This document shows, one piece after another, positions 44,808 to 54,044 of a stretch of 64,000 nucleotides of DNA. The translations under genes were made by a program, and so were the position numbers. The first letter of the stretch is position 1. Every line of letters begins with the position of its first letter. The stretch comes from Macrostomum lignano (lineage: Eukaryota). The stretch spans positions 37,046-101,045 of the forward strand of contig NIVC01001835.1 in the NCBI GenBank assembly GCA_002269645.1, read 5' to 3'. The notes beneath the pieces are model-generated. The model was not told the DNA's origin. It saw only the letters and a program-made list of their open reading frames with translations, and did not search any database.

Positions 44808-45125
44808 TTAGACAACGCCGCACACCATCGTGTTGTCTCCGGTTGAGAAGGCGTCACTCTTAGTCACGCTGCCGAACTTCATCCAGCAGGTGCCGCCGTT
44901 GTAGCGGGTCCAGGCGAAGTGGGTGCAGCGGTGGGTTCGGGCGCAGGCGCCACCGCACTGCTCGCCGGGCATCCGCTCATTCTTCAGATCGCGGTTGTAG
45001 AAGTCGCAACCGAACGCCCAGTTGCCGTTCCAGCGGATGCGTCGAGCCTCTACTTGAGTTGACACGGCGCAAAGGAGACCCGCGAACACCAGTAGAACCT
45101 TCAACGAGCTGATACGGCCGGCCAT
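44808..45125 (-). CDS. Secreted single PAN/apple-domain protein (105 aa)
   Basis: ATG at 45125 starts a signal peptide (MAGRISSLKVLLVFAGLLCAVSTQVEA), then WNGNWAFGCDF...CGGAC...CTHFAW...GGTCWMK...CGVV, clearly paralogous to the N-terminal module of 47782-48750. Confidence 0.85.
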   Translation of the reverse strand: MAGRISSLKVLLVFAGLLCAVSTQVEARRIRWNGNWAFGCDFYNRDLKNERMPGEQCGGACARTHRCTHFAWTRYNGGTCWMKFGSVTKSDAFSTGDNTMVCGVV

Positions 45126-46179
45126 CACTGCGCTCTGCTTTGCTAATAGATCGTAGGTAGGTATAGTACAGCTTCCGATTACTGATATACAGCTACAGCT
45201 GTGTCCGGTCTCCCAGCTCGTAAAATGGCGTTTTTGTGCGACAGAACCGAGTAAATTAAGAGCCAAGAGGCTCCTTAAGGAGTGTGAGAGACTTGGTGAC
45301 CTTAGGAGAGCTCATAAATGTTTGTACTCGTAGCGTACTGTGCAGGTAGAATTAGAAAATAAAGAGTTAGAATGGTAGATAGATATACCTACCCCTCGTA
45401 CCTAGAAACCATTTTTAGTTTAGCGGATTTTTACGAGCGCATGTTCTACTGAAGGAGCACACTTCACTCCAGACTCTCTAGCCCAAGGATGCAAGGGACG
45501 AATTTGGCACTCACAAATTTGACACTCACTAAAGGGATTTTAGATTTTTAGAAGCTTGATGAAATAGGAGCCAGTCGGGTGTAGCCTTTAATGGCCGCAG
45601 TTCAGATTCTCGTAGGCCCTACCTAAACGAAACCAGAGCAAAGATCTTGACAGCAACTTACCAAGTTTTGTGGTTGACTCTCGGTAAGGATAAACTAGAA
45701 TTAGTAGTATTTCGCAACCGATCCTGGGTTGGTTGTGTTTTTCTGAGTCAATTTTTACCTGCTTTTAAAGACTGGACAGTCTTTCAGTCGCTGCATTAGT
45801 TTGGGGTGGCAACGTGGCACAGCTCTGACGCTATTGGCTGTCGCGCTAAAGTAGCTCGTGCAAGTTAATCACCTACTGAGAGATGCACTCGTGAGGGCCA
45901 GATATAATTATCCCCAAGGCTCAGAGAGTACATGCCTGCAAGTGAGTCACTGCCCTCGTGCTGAGCATCTGCGTCAAGGTGCGCGCAGGGTGCAGGGGGT
46001 TTGCAATTTCGAAAGTAATCTTCCAATTAAAACTGCAACTTACGCATTGAAACTGAAACGTCTAAAAACTTATTCTGTGCGATAATTATCTAATGGTTAA
46101 TAGTTCAATTTTAATATTGCGCAATCACTCGACTTGTACTTTGCCACTGTGATGCATATCGCTTAAAAAGTTTGAACCC

Positions 46180-46640
46180 GATAGCCTATCGGTAATTAAA
46201 ACCATGTACAACTAAAATATAGGGACTTGAACTGGATAGCCTATCGGTAATTAAAACCATGGACACCTAAAGTAGAGGGACATGAACTGGATAGCCTATC
46301 GGTAATTAAAACCATGGACACCTAAAGTAGAGGGACATGAACTGGATAGCCTATCGGTAATTAAAACCATGGACACCTAAAGTAGAGGGACATGAACTGG
46401 ATAGCCTATCGGTAATTAAAACCATGGACACCTAAAGTAGAGGGACATGAACTGGATAGCCTATCGGTAATTAAAACCATGGACACCTAAAGTAGAGGGA
46501 CATGAACTGGATAGCCTATCGGTAATTAAAACCATGGACACCTAAAGTAGACATGAACTGGATAGCCTATCGGTAATTAAAACCATGGACAACTAAAGTA
46601 GAGGGACAGAACTGGATAGCCTATCGGTAATTAAAACCAT
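46180..46640. repeat. 55-bp minisatellite (GATAGCCTATCGGTAATTAAAACCATGGACACCTAAAGTAGAGGGACATGAACTG)n
   Basis: About 8 copies, directly visible. Confidence 0.92.
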
Positions 46641-47184
46641 GAAAATGCTGCTAATGTAAACAGAAATAGCGCACCTGGTGTTTGGTTTCACGTGCGCCAA
46701 TATGCTTGAATGTTTTAGGTGCCTAATGACTGACGAGAGAAACTAATGGGACCAATTAAAGTATCGAATTGATTTGAAATTGATCGCTATCAAGCTGTTA
46801 TGTAGCTTCGAATCACCTGATAAAAGAAATTATATCTAGTACACATAGTTGCACCAATAATCCCTTGATGCGTGCTTTTCAATTTGTATTTGGTTTCTGA
46901 TCAAAACAGCTCCATGATGATGAACAGCTAAAACAGAAGGACACTAAAGTCGCGAATCGTGCAAATCTTACTGGAGGCCAGTCATTGCTGCAAATTTTTT
47001 TTGCTTTTAAAGGTCAAAAAGCACATACTTGACTAGTTTTGCATTCTGAAGGTTGATAAAGCTGTTAATTTAGTGCACAAACACTGAAAACTTCAGATCT
47101 TTCTACGCTCCTATATCACTCTATCCGGACCTCGAGTCCTTTGAAACTTCACGATAGCAATACGGCTAGCTTAGGGTTTGTGTC

Positions 47185-47697
47185 TCTTCTCAGCTCTCCT
47201 CTCTCATCTCCCCTCTCTACCCTGCTCTCCACCCTCCTCTATCATCTCCCCTCTCTCCCCTGCTCTCCACCCTCCTCTCTCATCTCCCCTCTCTACCCTG
47301 CTCTCCACCCTCCTCTCTCATCTCCCCTCTCTCCCCTCTCTCCCCTGCTCTCCACCCTCCTCTCTCATCTCCGCTCTCTCCCCTGCTCTCCACCCTCCTC
47401 TCTCATCTCCCCTGTCTCCCCTCTCTCCCCTGCTCTCCACCCTCCTCTCTCATCTCCCCTGTCTCCCCTCTCTCCCTGCTCTCCACCCTCCTCTCTCATC
47501 TCCCCTCTCTCCCCTGCTCTCCACCCTCCTCTCTCATCTCCCCTGTCTCCCCTCTCTCCCCTGCTCTCCACCCTCCTCTCTCATCTCCCCTGTCTCCCCT
47601 CTCTCCCCTGCTCTCCACCCTCCTCTCTCATCTCCCCTCTCTCCCCTGCTCTCCACCCTCCTCTCTCATCTCCCCTCTCTCTACCCTCTCTACCTGG
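47185..47697. repeat. CT-rich ~38-48-bp minisatellite
   Basis: Directly visible. Confidence 0.92.
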
Positions 47698-47781
47698 CTT
47701 AGTTAAGACTCGCGAGTTTAACGTTCTTGATCTTTTTCAGTTGCCCATGGCTTAATGCCGTTCCAGTAAACTGAGTTCTAA

Positions 47782-48750
47782 TCAGTCGTCATCTCGCCTG
47801 CAGCCGCTGATAGCGACGAGAGCGTCCGGGCAGCGGACCCTCGAGTACACCATGGCGGGGTTGTCGGCCCCCCTGAACCAGTCGAATCGCCAGTAGCAGC
47901 CGTCGCGAATTTGCGCCGGCAGAGAGCCGCACTCGCTCCGTCTCGACACTCCGCCGTAGCGCTGGCCCCAGCCGTCTGGCCCCGCGTTCCACTGCGCGCT
48001 GCAGCCGTTGAAAATGCCGACACCGCCGCCTGGGATTTGCAAGTCGAACTGGTTCGGGTGCACGTCGCCTCCGCTGTTGGTGACCTGCACCACCATGGAT
48101 TTTCCCTGCACAGGGCCGTTGGTGAAGTCCAGCTTGTAGCAGGCGCAGCAGCGACCGCTCTCGTCCAGACCGGGGATGGTGGCGGCGGCGAAGCCGTAGG
48201 CCAGCTGGTCGCTCACCGCCCACGGCTTGTTGTTGTTGCAGGCGAACACGGGTCCGCCGTTGCAGCCGCTGGCACCGTTGGGATCGCTGGTCACTCCGTA
48301 GCCGTCGCGATAGCAGGCGCGCACGTATTTGTTATGGCCGGGCACTTTGCCTGGCCAGGAACAGCTGGGCTTGCAGCAGTCCCAGTAGCGGGTGGTGAAT
48401 CCTGGCACCTTGTTGCCTCCGCCGCCACCGCCGCCCCCGTTGTCTTCAATAACTCCGCACACCATGGTCATGTCACCAGTTGGGAAGGCATCGCTCTTTG
48501 ACACGCTACCTCGCTTCATCCAGCAGGTGCCACCATTGTGTTGAGTCCAGGTGAAATGGGTGCAGCCCTGAGTGTTGGCGCACCTTCCGCCGCACTGCTC
48601 TGAAGGGATTCGCACGTTCGACAAGTCGTTGTTACGAAAGTCGCAGCCATGCGCCCAGTTGTTGCCATTCCAGTTGATGTTGGCCAAGACGGAGCTTGAG
48701 CACAGGACCAGTACTGCAGCCACTAGTAGGCAGCTGTGTCTTAGCGCCAT
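47782..48750 (-). CDS. Secreted PAN/apple + GH45 (subfamily A-type) endo-beta-1,4-glucanase, intronless, 322 aa
   Basis: Signal peptide, PAN module, poly-Gly linker, GH45 signature TTRYWDCCKPSC, YGFAAA, CCACYKLDF, MVVQVTNSG, QFDLQIPGGGVGIFNGC, WGQRYGG, GCYWRFDWF; both catalytic Asp present. Confidence 0.95.
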   Translation of the reverse strand: MALRHSCLLVAAVLVLCSSSVLANINWNGNNWAHGCDFRNNDLSNVRIPSEQCGGRCANTQGCTHFTWTQHNGGTCWMKRGSVSKSDAFPTGDMTMVCGVIEDNGGGGGGGGNKVPGFTTRYWDCCKPSCSWPGKVPGHNKYVRACYRDGYGVTSDPNGASGCNGGPVFACNNNKPWAVSDQLAYGFAAATIPGLDESGRCCACYKLDFTNGPVQGKSMVVQVTNSGGDVHPNQFDLQIPGGGVGIFNGCSAQWNAGPDGWGQRYGGVSRRSECGSLPAQIRDGCYWRFDWFRGADNPAMVYSRVRCPDALVAISGCRRDDD

Positions 48751-48864
48751 ATCTGATTTCCTCTTGGACGGTTACGTAGTTTTGCGCTCTGGAAAAAATA
48801 GTTTGACGGTTCCGATGCTTTATAGCTACGTTGACAGGCCAAAAACCTGCTTGATGAATCAGTG

Positions 48865-49029
48865 GATTGATTGGACTAAAGCTATGCCTGCTGGATCGGT
48901 AGAGTGATTGGACTAAAGCTATGCCTGCTGGATCGGTAGAGTGATTGGACTAAAGCTATGCCTGCTGGATCGGTAGAGTGATTAGACTAAAGCTATGCCT
49001 GCTGGATCGGTAGAGTGATTGGACTAAAG
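48865..49029. repeat. 37-bp tandem repeat (TTGGACTAAAGCTATGCCTGCTGGATCGGTAGAGTGA)
   Basis: Period 48871 to 48908; about 4 copies. Confidence 0.9.
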
Positions 49030-49074
49030 TAGAAGGCATGAGGGGGCTTCTGGGACAAAATTTTTCACCTCCTC

Positions 49075-49282
49075 CATAATCCCATTAAATCCATCCATAT
49101 TATCCCTGACAGAATCAGAAAAAAAGGGGGGTCGCACTCGCTCCGAAAACGTCCTCCATAATCCACCTAAATCCATCCATATTATCCCCGACAGAATCAG
49201 AAAAAAAGGGGGGTCGCACTCGCTCACAAAACGTCCTCCATAATCCCATTAAATCCATCCATATTATCCCTGACAGAATCAG
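49075..49282. repeat. 82-bp subterminal tandem repeat (2.5 copies), possibly part of the viral TIR
   Basis: CATAATCC...ATATTATCCC...AGAATCAG at 49075, 49157 and 49239. Confidence 0.8.
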
Positions 49283-49482
49283 AGCAGGTGTCCACTGATA
49301 CCTGTTATGTTCACTGACACTGACATCCACCCATAACATTTCTAAAACAATCAGAAAATAATCTGCATTCTTCTCCCCATGGGGCCCACATTCAATCCGC
49401 AACGTGCTACCACATCCCAAAGACTTTAAATCATCAGCGCAGGGTCCTTACCCTTTGAAAAAAAATTAAATTCTCAATAAAA

Positions 49483-49725
49483 ATGTTTCCAGTTGTCTCT
49501 CCGGGTTCTTATTACAAAGCGGACGAGCCTAATTACAAGAGCAAGTACCGATGCAAACTTGAATGCAGCGAGTACATGAGAAAATATTGGCCTGACGTTG
49601 ATATCAATGTCCCTAATATTAATCAAGCTCTCCAAAGACACTGGTTTCATAAGTATGGAGTAACCTATGTAAAAGATTACGATAGCTATTATAACTTTGC
49701 AGAAGTTATAAGGCAGTTGCGTTAA
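49483..49725 (+). CDS. 80-aa Tyr-rich ORF of unknown function, probably viral
   Basis: TAAAAATG start context like the other viral ORFs; no motif recognised. Confidence 0.55.
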   Translation: MFPVVSPGSYYKADEPNYKSKYRCKLECSEYMRKYWPDVDINVPNINQALQRHWFHKYGVTYVKDYDSYYNFAEVIRQLR

Positions 49726-49729
49726 AAAA

Positions 49730-49825
49730 CCGAAAAACCAAAAGGCCAAAAGGCCAAAAGGCCAAAAAGGCCAAAAAGGCCAAAAGGCCAAAAAGGCCAA
49801 AAGGCCAAAAAGGCCAAAAGGCCGA
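49730..49825. repeat. (AAAAGGCC/AAAAAGGCC)n simple repeat
   Basis: Directly visible. Confidence 0.9.
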
Positions 49826-49875
49826 AATCGTTTGCATTTTGGCCTTCCCTCGAGACGGAATTCTTCCTCGGCTGG

Positions 49876-49933
49876 GCTCAGTCATAGAAATCTAGAATAC
49901 TAACGTTAGTATTCTAGATTTCTATGGCTCAGT
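49876..49933. other. 44-bp perfect palindrome (49883-49926) flanked by a 7-bp direct repeat GCTCAGT
   Basis: CATAGAAATCTAGAATACTAAC-GTTAGTATTCTAGATTTCTATG, with GCTCAGT at 49876-49882 and 49927-49933. Confidence 0.9.
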
Positions 49934-50118
49934 TAAAGTGAAAATCTCTCTCCCCCACGCGCGCTGCGCCCACACACATACACTCCCCTCTCCCCCGCGC
50001 ACCCGACGCCCGCGCCCACAAACTGTCAGAATGGGGTAAGAGATTTTGAGTACACATGCGCGCATTTTTTCATACCACTCTATTCTCTGCAAGCATACTT
50101 AAAAGGGAACGCATTTTC

Positions 50119-50720
50119 TCACATTCTCTCAATGATCAACGTCAATACAAACTCTTCACCGTTGAAATCAACACCCACCCCATCTTCAGTCTCAAACTGT
50201 AGCACAATCTCGTGAATCTCCTTATTACTCAATACAACTCTTTTCACTGGATTTGGTTTCTCTACCACCATCTGTCCTCCAGCTACAGAGTTGGAGATGT
50301 TGTACAAAATATTAGTTCGCTTTCCCTTAAATACCCAATCAAGACTGAGATTAGTTCTGATTAGAATATTCAAACCCTTTACAATGTCTGCTATATTGGG
50401 TGCTAAGAACAAACCGCGTACACTTTCCCGGGCCATGATAACGGCCCCCGTCGCTTGAGTGGCGGTCCGCGCCGCGGATTCTGCCTTATAAACTTTCTTC
50501 TCGAATCCTAATTCCCTATACCAAGTGTCATCTTTAAACTCAACCTCCGCATTTTTGTGAACTTGCATGACCACTCTCATTACAGTGAGATCATAGGATA
50601 GTTTGACAGGGAACAGTTTTTTATCTGGCTTACTCGCATCAGGTGTCTCAAAATGGCCTCTTTTAGTAAAAACGTTTTCTAGAAAGTAATTGTAGGTATC
50701 CACACTTTGCGTGCTAACAG
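50119..50720 (-). pseudogene. Minor capsid protein (penton), C-terminal part; split by transposon
   Basis: Joins in frame with 54022-53761 after removing the insertion and one TSD copy (..AEPVVFP/VSTQSVDTYNYF..). C-terminus NILIRTNL...NILYNISNSV.GGQMVVEKPNP...IHEIVLQFETEDG..VDFNGEEFVLTLII has the penton-type pattern. Confidence 0.8.
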
Positions 50721-50725
50721 GGAAT

Positions 50726-53700
50726 CACAGTGTATTTCTATGGTAAGATTTTTTGAAAAAATGGCCAATCAAGATTTTTACTATCATTAATAGATCACAT
50801 TTTTCTAGAGAGGAAGCCACAATATTAAAAAAATCTGTCGAGCGGTTGCTGAGTAACTACTGTTTTTCTGTTTTTCATGCTGTTTCATGCTGTTTTCATT
50901 TTTTTGCTTTGATACAGGCTATAATAGGCAAATTGGTATCAAAAACGTTATTCAATGTTTTTCTTTCAACATTAATAAATTATATTATTAGTATAAATTT
51001 AAAGAATGCTTGTACAATATAAAAACTTTCAGCTTGAAACGTAGTTGTACAATGTCAATATAAATTACACATTAGGAGTGAAAACAATGTCAAAGTCCAC
51101 ACTGACTACATGTCCTACACATGTCGGCTATTATAATGATGCACAGCCTGAAGCAAACGACTTCCAAAGCTGGGATTTTCTACATCCTTGACCTTGAAGT
51201 TCGCCCATAGCTGCTGAAAGTCGTGGTGCACTGCTTCAGATGCCTGTTCACTCCAGGGACCAAGTCCTCGCTGTTGCATCAAACAGAACTGTGGCACATG
51301 ATGCAGCACTGTGTGAACTTTCGGTGTCACTGAGATCCCGAGGTCCATGAACGCCACTTGAAAATCAGTGATCGTCTGCTGGAAATTGGAGGCCAGTTCA
51401 TTGCCAAAGCAGCTGGACACAACAAGCCTGAAGCAGCGCAGTGCAGCAACGTACGGCAAGCACTGTAGCGGGCACATCGATGCCAGAGCATCAACATTCT
51501 GCAGGAGCACTTTGCAGCTGTTGCCGGTAAAACTGCCTCCGTGAATTGCCTCCCTGGCGACGTGGCAGTGATGCAGCCATCTGTCACACTCTGGCCACAC
51601 TGACTGCATACTACAGTAAATGGTATTTACTACTCCAGTTAGCAGGTGCAGTTCAGGCGGTGGTACAATTTCTAGGACCATTGTTGAGGCTGGGAAATTT
51701 TCTAGAAGACAGGGACGTACCACATTTCCAAAATTCTTGGCAGCTGCAAGCTTAGAGCCAGAAGCCTGGAAGTTTGCATGGCTGTCTTCGAGAAGCTTCA
51801 GTGTGCGATCTGTGCCCTTCTGCAATAGCTTATTCTTGTGGGCATCGCACCAGCAGCAGGGATGAGCAGCACTGTGAGCCATAAGCCCAAGCAGCATGTT
51901 GCACAGCTTCAAGTCGCTAGCGATGGTAAATTTGCCTTGAAGACTGCTCAGTCCAGCTGCCCTCCACAGCAACTCCAGGTTCTGGTAATTTTCTTGAATA
52001 GCTGGTGCGATGGCTACAATAAGAATTCGTTTAACACCGGAGTGCTTTAGCCGACTGCTGCGAGAGTTGCTGCTACAGGCTGCCTGCGAAGGCTCAGTGG
52101 AGTCAACACACCAACTGGAATCAAACACAGACAGGCAGATCTTGAAGAACCCACCACCTCCATCAATGCCAACCTTAATCATACAGGTCGATGGGTTCAG
52201 TTGTCTTTCTTGAATAATTCGCTCGAGAAGCTGCTGAATGCGCACACAAATAACAGCTGGACGTGATGTTACTTCTGTCACAACTCCTCGCTCCATGTTG
52301 ACGAAGTCCAACTGTTGTAGTTCAAAAAAGCTGTCGAGCTGGTGGTGAATGTCAGACAGCTTTTGTTGGAGGTACGACTCTACAGCTGTTTTTGAACCCG
52401 ACGCTGCTCTAATATGGTGAGCCAGCTTCAGCATAGAGCGCGTGCTGAGGCCCATATCCTGCTGAATGCTCACCATGCTGCTGACGCTCAGCTGCTGTGG
52501 TTGCTTCGGCGTACTCTGAGATGGTGGCTCCACTTCCATGTAAAAGCTTTCTGCATTATGTGCCCTTGTAGCAGGAGTACAGACATGTGACTTGCCTCGA
52601 TTTAGCTGCGAGAGGCACTTCACACAGAGCTTCATGCTGACTGGGCGTCGAGTTTTTGACACAGTGCTGGCAGTGGGCTTGCAACCAATCCTACTTTGAC
52701 TGTCAGCGCTTGGCCTTCCTTGTGGTCGCCGATTAACTGCTGCTGGATGTCCAAAGTTTGCGGAGCTTTCTCTGGCAGCCTGACACACAATACAGTTGCA
52801 TCGAGTAGCTGCTCGGCTTCGTGTTTGAGGAGGCTGGGCTCCAATCTTAGAGTGGTCGAAGTTGGGCAGCGAGGACGAAAAGTTTCCTTTCTCGTACTCT
52901 AGCAGCGTTATCCTGCATTTTGTGCACAGAGCACTTGGTAGCCGATTGTCCTGCGTATCGTAGCCATGCATCTTGAACTCTGAGATGAGTGACTGCATGT
53001 GCTCATTTATCCGGCGTATTTCCTTGCCCTTATGCATGCAGATGAGGCAGACGATGAGACGAGCATCTTCGTGCGTTCTGGCACTGCTGCTTTTACTCAT
53101 AATGCCTGACACTGAGCGTGCTTGGTGTCGATTAAGAAAGGTGCTACACAACAAATCTGATATGTAATGAGACGCAGAGATTGTGCAATGAATATAAAAA
53201 CTTCTCTGGTTAGATTAAAGTGAAATCAATCGATAAGAGCGACTTATATATATTCATTGATTGCTGAGCAGACGAGTTTTTAGCTCAGCAAACTTGTGTG
53301 CATTGCGCACTGTATAGCACACTATTTGATTGAGTAATAGATGAGTGACTGCGTTCTTCAACTCCAAATCATGCACACGCAGTCTCCCCTCAATAGAGAA
53401 GTAGTACAGTTAGTACAAAACCCATTTGTTACATTCAATCACAATTGTACCCTGTATTTTTGGAACATTCATTTTGATTAGCATATGAAATGTGTGTAAA
53501 AAACAGCCTATTTGTTGGCTAAACAAATGGACCTTAAGCTTATAAGTGATTTTCTGTTTGAACTAGAAAAACAAAAACAAATAACACGAAACAGCATAAA
53601 ACAGCATTAAAAACAGAAAAACAGTAGTTTCTTAGCAACTGCTTGATGGATTTTTTAAAGTCTTGTAGCATTCTCTCTGGACATACATGATCTATTGATG

Positions 53701-53760
53701 ATAGTAAAAATCTGGGGTGGCCATTTTTTTCAAAAAATGTCACCATAGAAATACACTGTG
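50726..53760 (-). mobile_element. 3035-bp RAG1/Transib-like DNA transposon with CACAGTG termini and 5-bp TSD GGAAT
   Basis: GGAAT at 50721-50725 and 53761-53765; both ends start CACAGTGTATTTCTATGGT (19 nt identical); imperfect TIR similarity extends to ~50900 and ~53585. Confidence 0.95.
51115..53100 (-). CDS. DDE transposase with RAG1/Transib-like core and N-terminal Chapa/RAG1-like zinc module (661 aa from ATG 53100)
   Basis: GIDGGG (D, cf. RAG1 D600), ASDLK...GL...CCWC (D, cf. GYDEK...GL...CTLC), ELHLLTG, FTGNSC, KVHTVLHHV (HxxxxH), GPWSEQASEAVH (E, cf. E962). N-terminus H-x7-C-x2-C...LP-x3-C-x2-C...CxC-x2-C. No stops or frameshifts. Confidence 0.88.
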   Translation of the reverse strand: MSKSSSARTHEDARLIVCLICMHKGKEIRRINEHMQSLISEFKMHGYDTQDNRLPSALCTKCRITLLEYEKGNFSSSLPNFDHSKIGAQPPQTRSRAATRCNCIVCQAARESSANFGHPAAVNRRPQGRPSADSQSRIGCKPTASTVSKTRRPVSMKLCVKCLSQLNRGKSHVCTPATRAHNAESFYMEVEPPSQSTPKQPQQLSVSSMVSIQQDMGLSTRSMLKLAHHIRAASGSKTAVESYLQQKLSDIHHQLDSFFELQQLDFVNMERGVVTEVTSRPAVICVRIQQLLERIIQERQLNPSTCMIKVGIDGGGGFFKICLSVFDSSWCVDSTEPSQAACSSNSRSSRLKHSGVKRILIVAIAPAIQENYQNLELLWRAAGLSSLQGKFTIASDLKLCNMLLGLMAHSAAHPCCWCDAHKNKLLQKGTDRTLKLLEDSHANFQASGSKLAAAKNFGNVVRPCLLENFPASTMVLEIVPPPELHLLTGVVNTIYCSMQSVWPECDRWLHHCHVAREAIHGGSFTGNSCKVLLQNVDALASMCPLQCLPYVAALRCFRLVVSSCFGNELASNFQQTITDFQVAFMDLGISVTPKVHTVLHHVPQFCLMQQRGLGPWSEQASEAVHHDFQQLWANFKVKDVENPSFGSRLLQAVHHYNSRHV

Positions 53761-54022
53761 GGAATACCACAGGTTCTGCTGCTGCACCTTTCCATTTGTA
53801 ATAAAACTTATTATTTGCTGCCGACACATTGGGAACGTTTGACCAACCAGTGAAGTCGTTAAGATAGACATGATAATTAGCACCTGGATCCAGGCTAATC
53901 GCCTGCTCTAATTTTTGAATAAATATCCCGTTTGAGTCATTAATTCGCCCAGTTATTGTAATAGGAATGCTCTCCTTGGAGTGCGAAATAATATTATTTA
54001 GTCTTTCAGCAATCGCTTCCAT
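53761..54022 (-). pseudogene. Minor capsid protein (penton), N-terminal part
   Basis: MEAIAERL...LEQAISLDPG..YHVYLNDFTGWSNVPNVSAANNKFYY, a penton-type N-terminal pattern; reconstructed length 287 aa; directly downstream of MCP. Confidence 0.8.
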
Positions 54023-54044
54023 TTTTCCACCCACAAAAAAATAT

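Noticed and set aside
46180-46640. CRISPR-like regular repeats (also 10650-11010, 21200-21630)
   Set aside because: Units are contiguous without unique spacers; eukaryotic context; no cas genes.
47789-48501. Alternative-frame and antisense ORFs over GH45 (also 54642-55343 antisense to MCP, 25310-25933, 4495-4932, 6594-7757 5' part)
   Set aside because: Shadows of real coding sequence or read-through into repeats.
50726-53760. RAG2-like gene in the transposon
   Set aside because: Less than 700 bp remains on either side of the transposase, much of it TIR; no kelch or PHD ORF.
53540-53760. C-terminal 70 aa of the 164-aa ORF and ORF 50753-51022
   Set aside because: Read-through into the transposon TIRs, not protein-coding.
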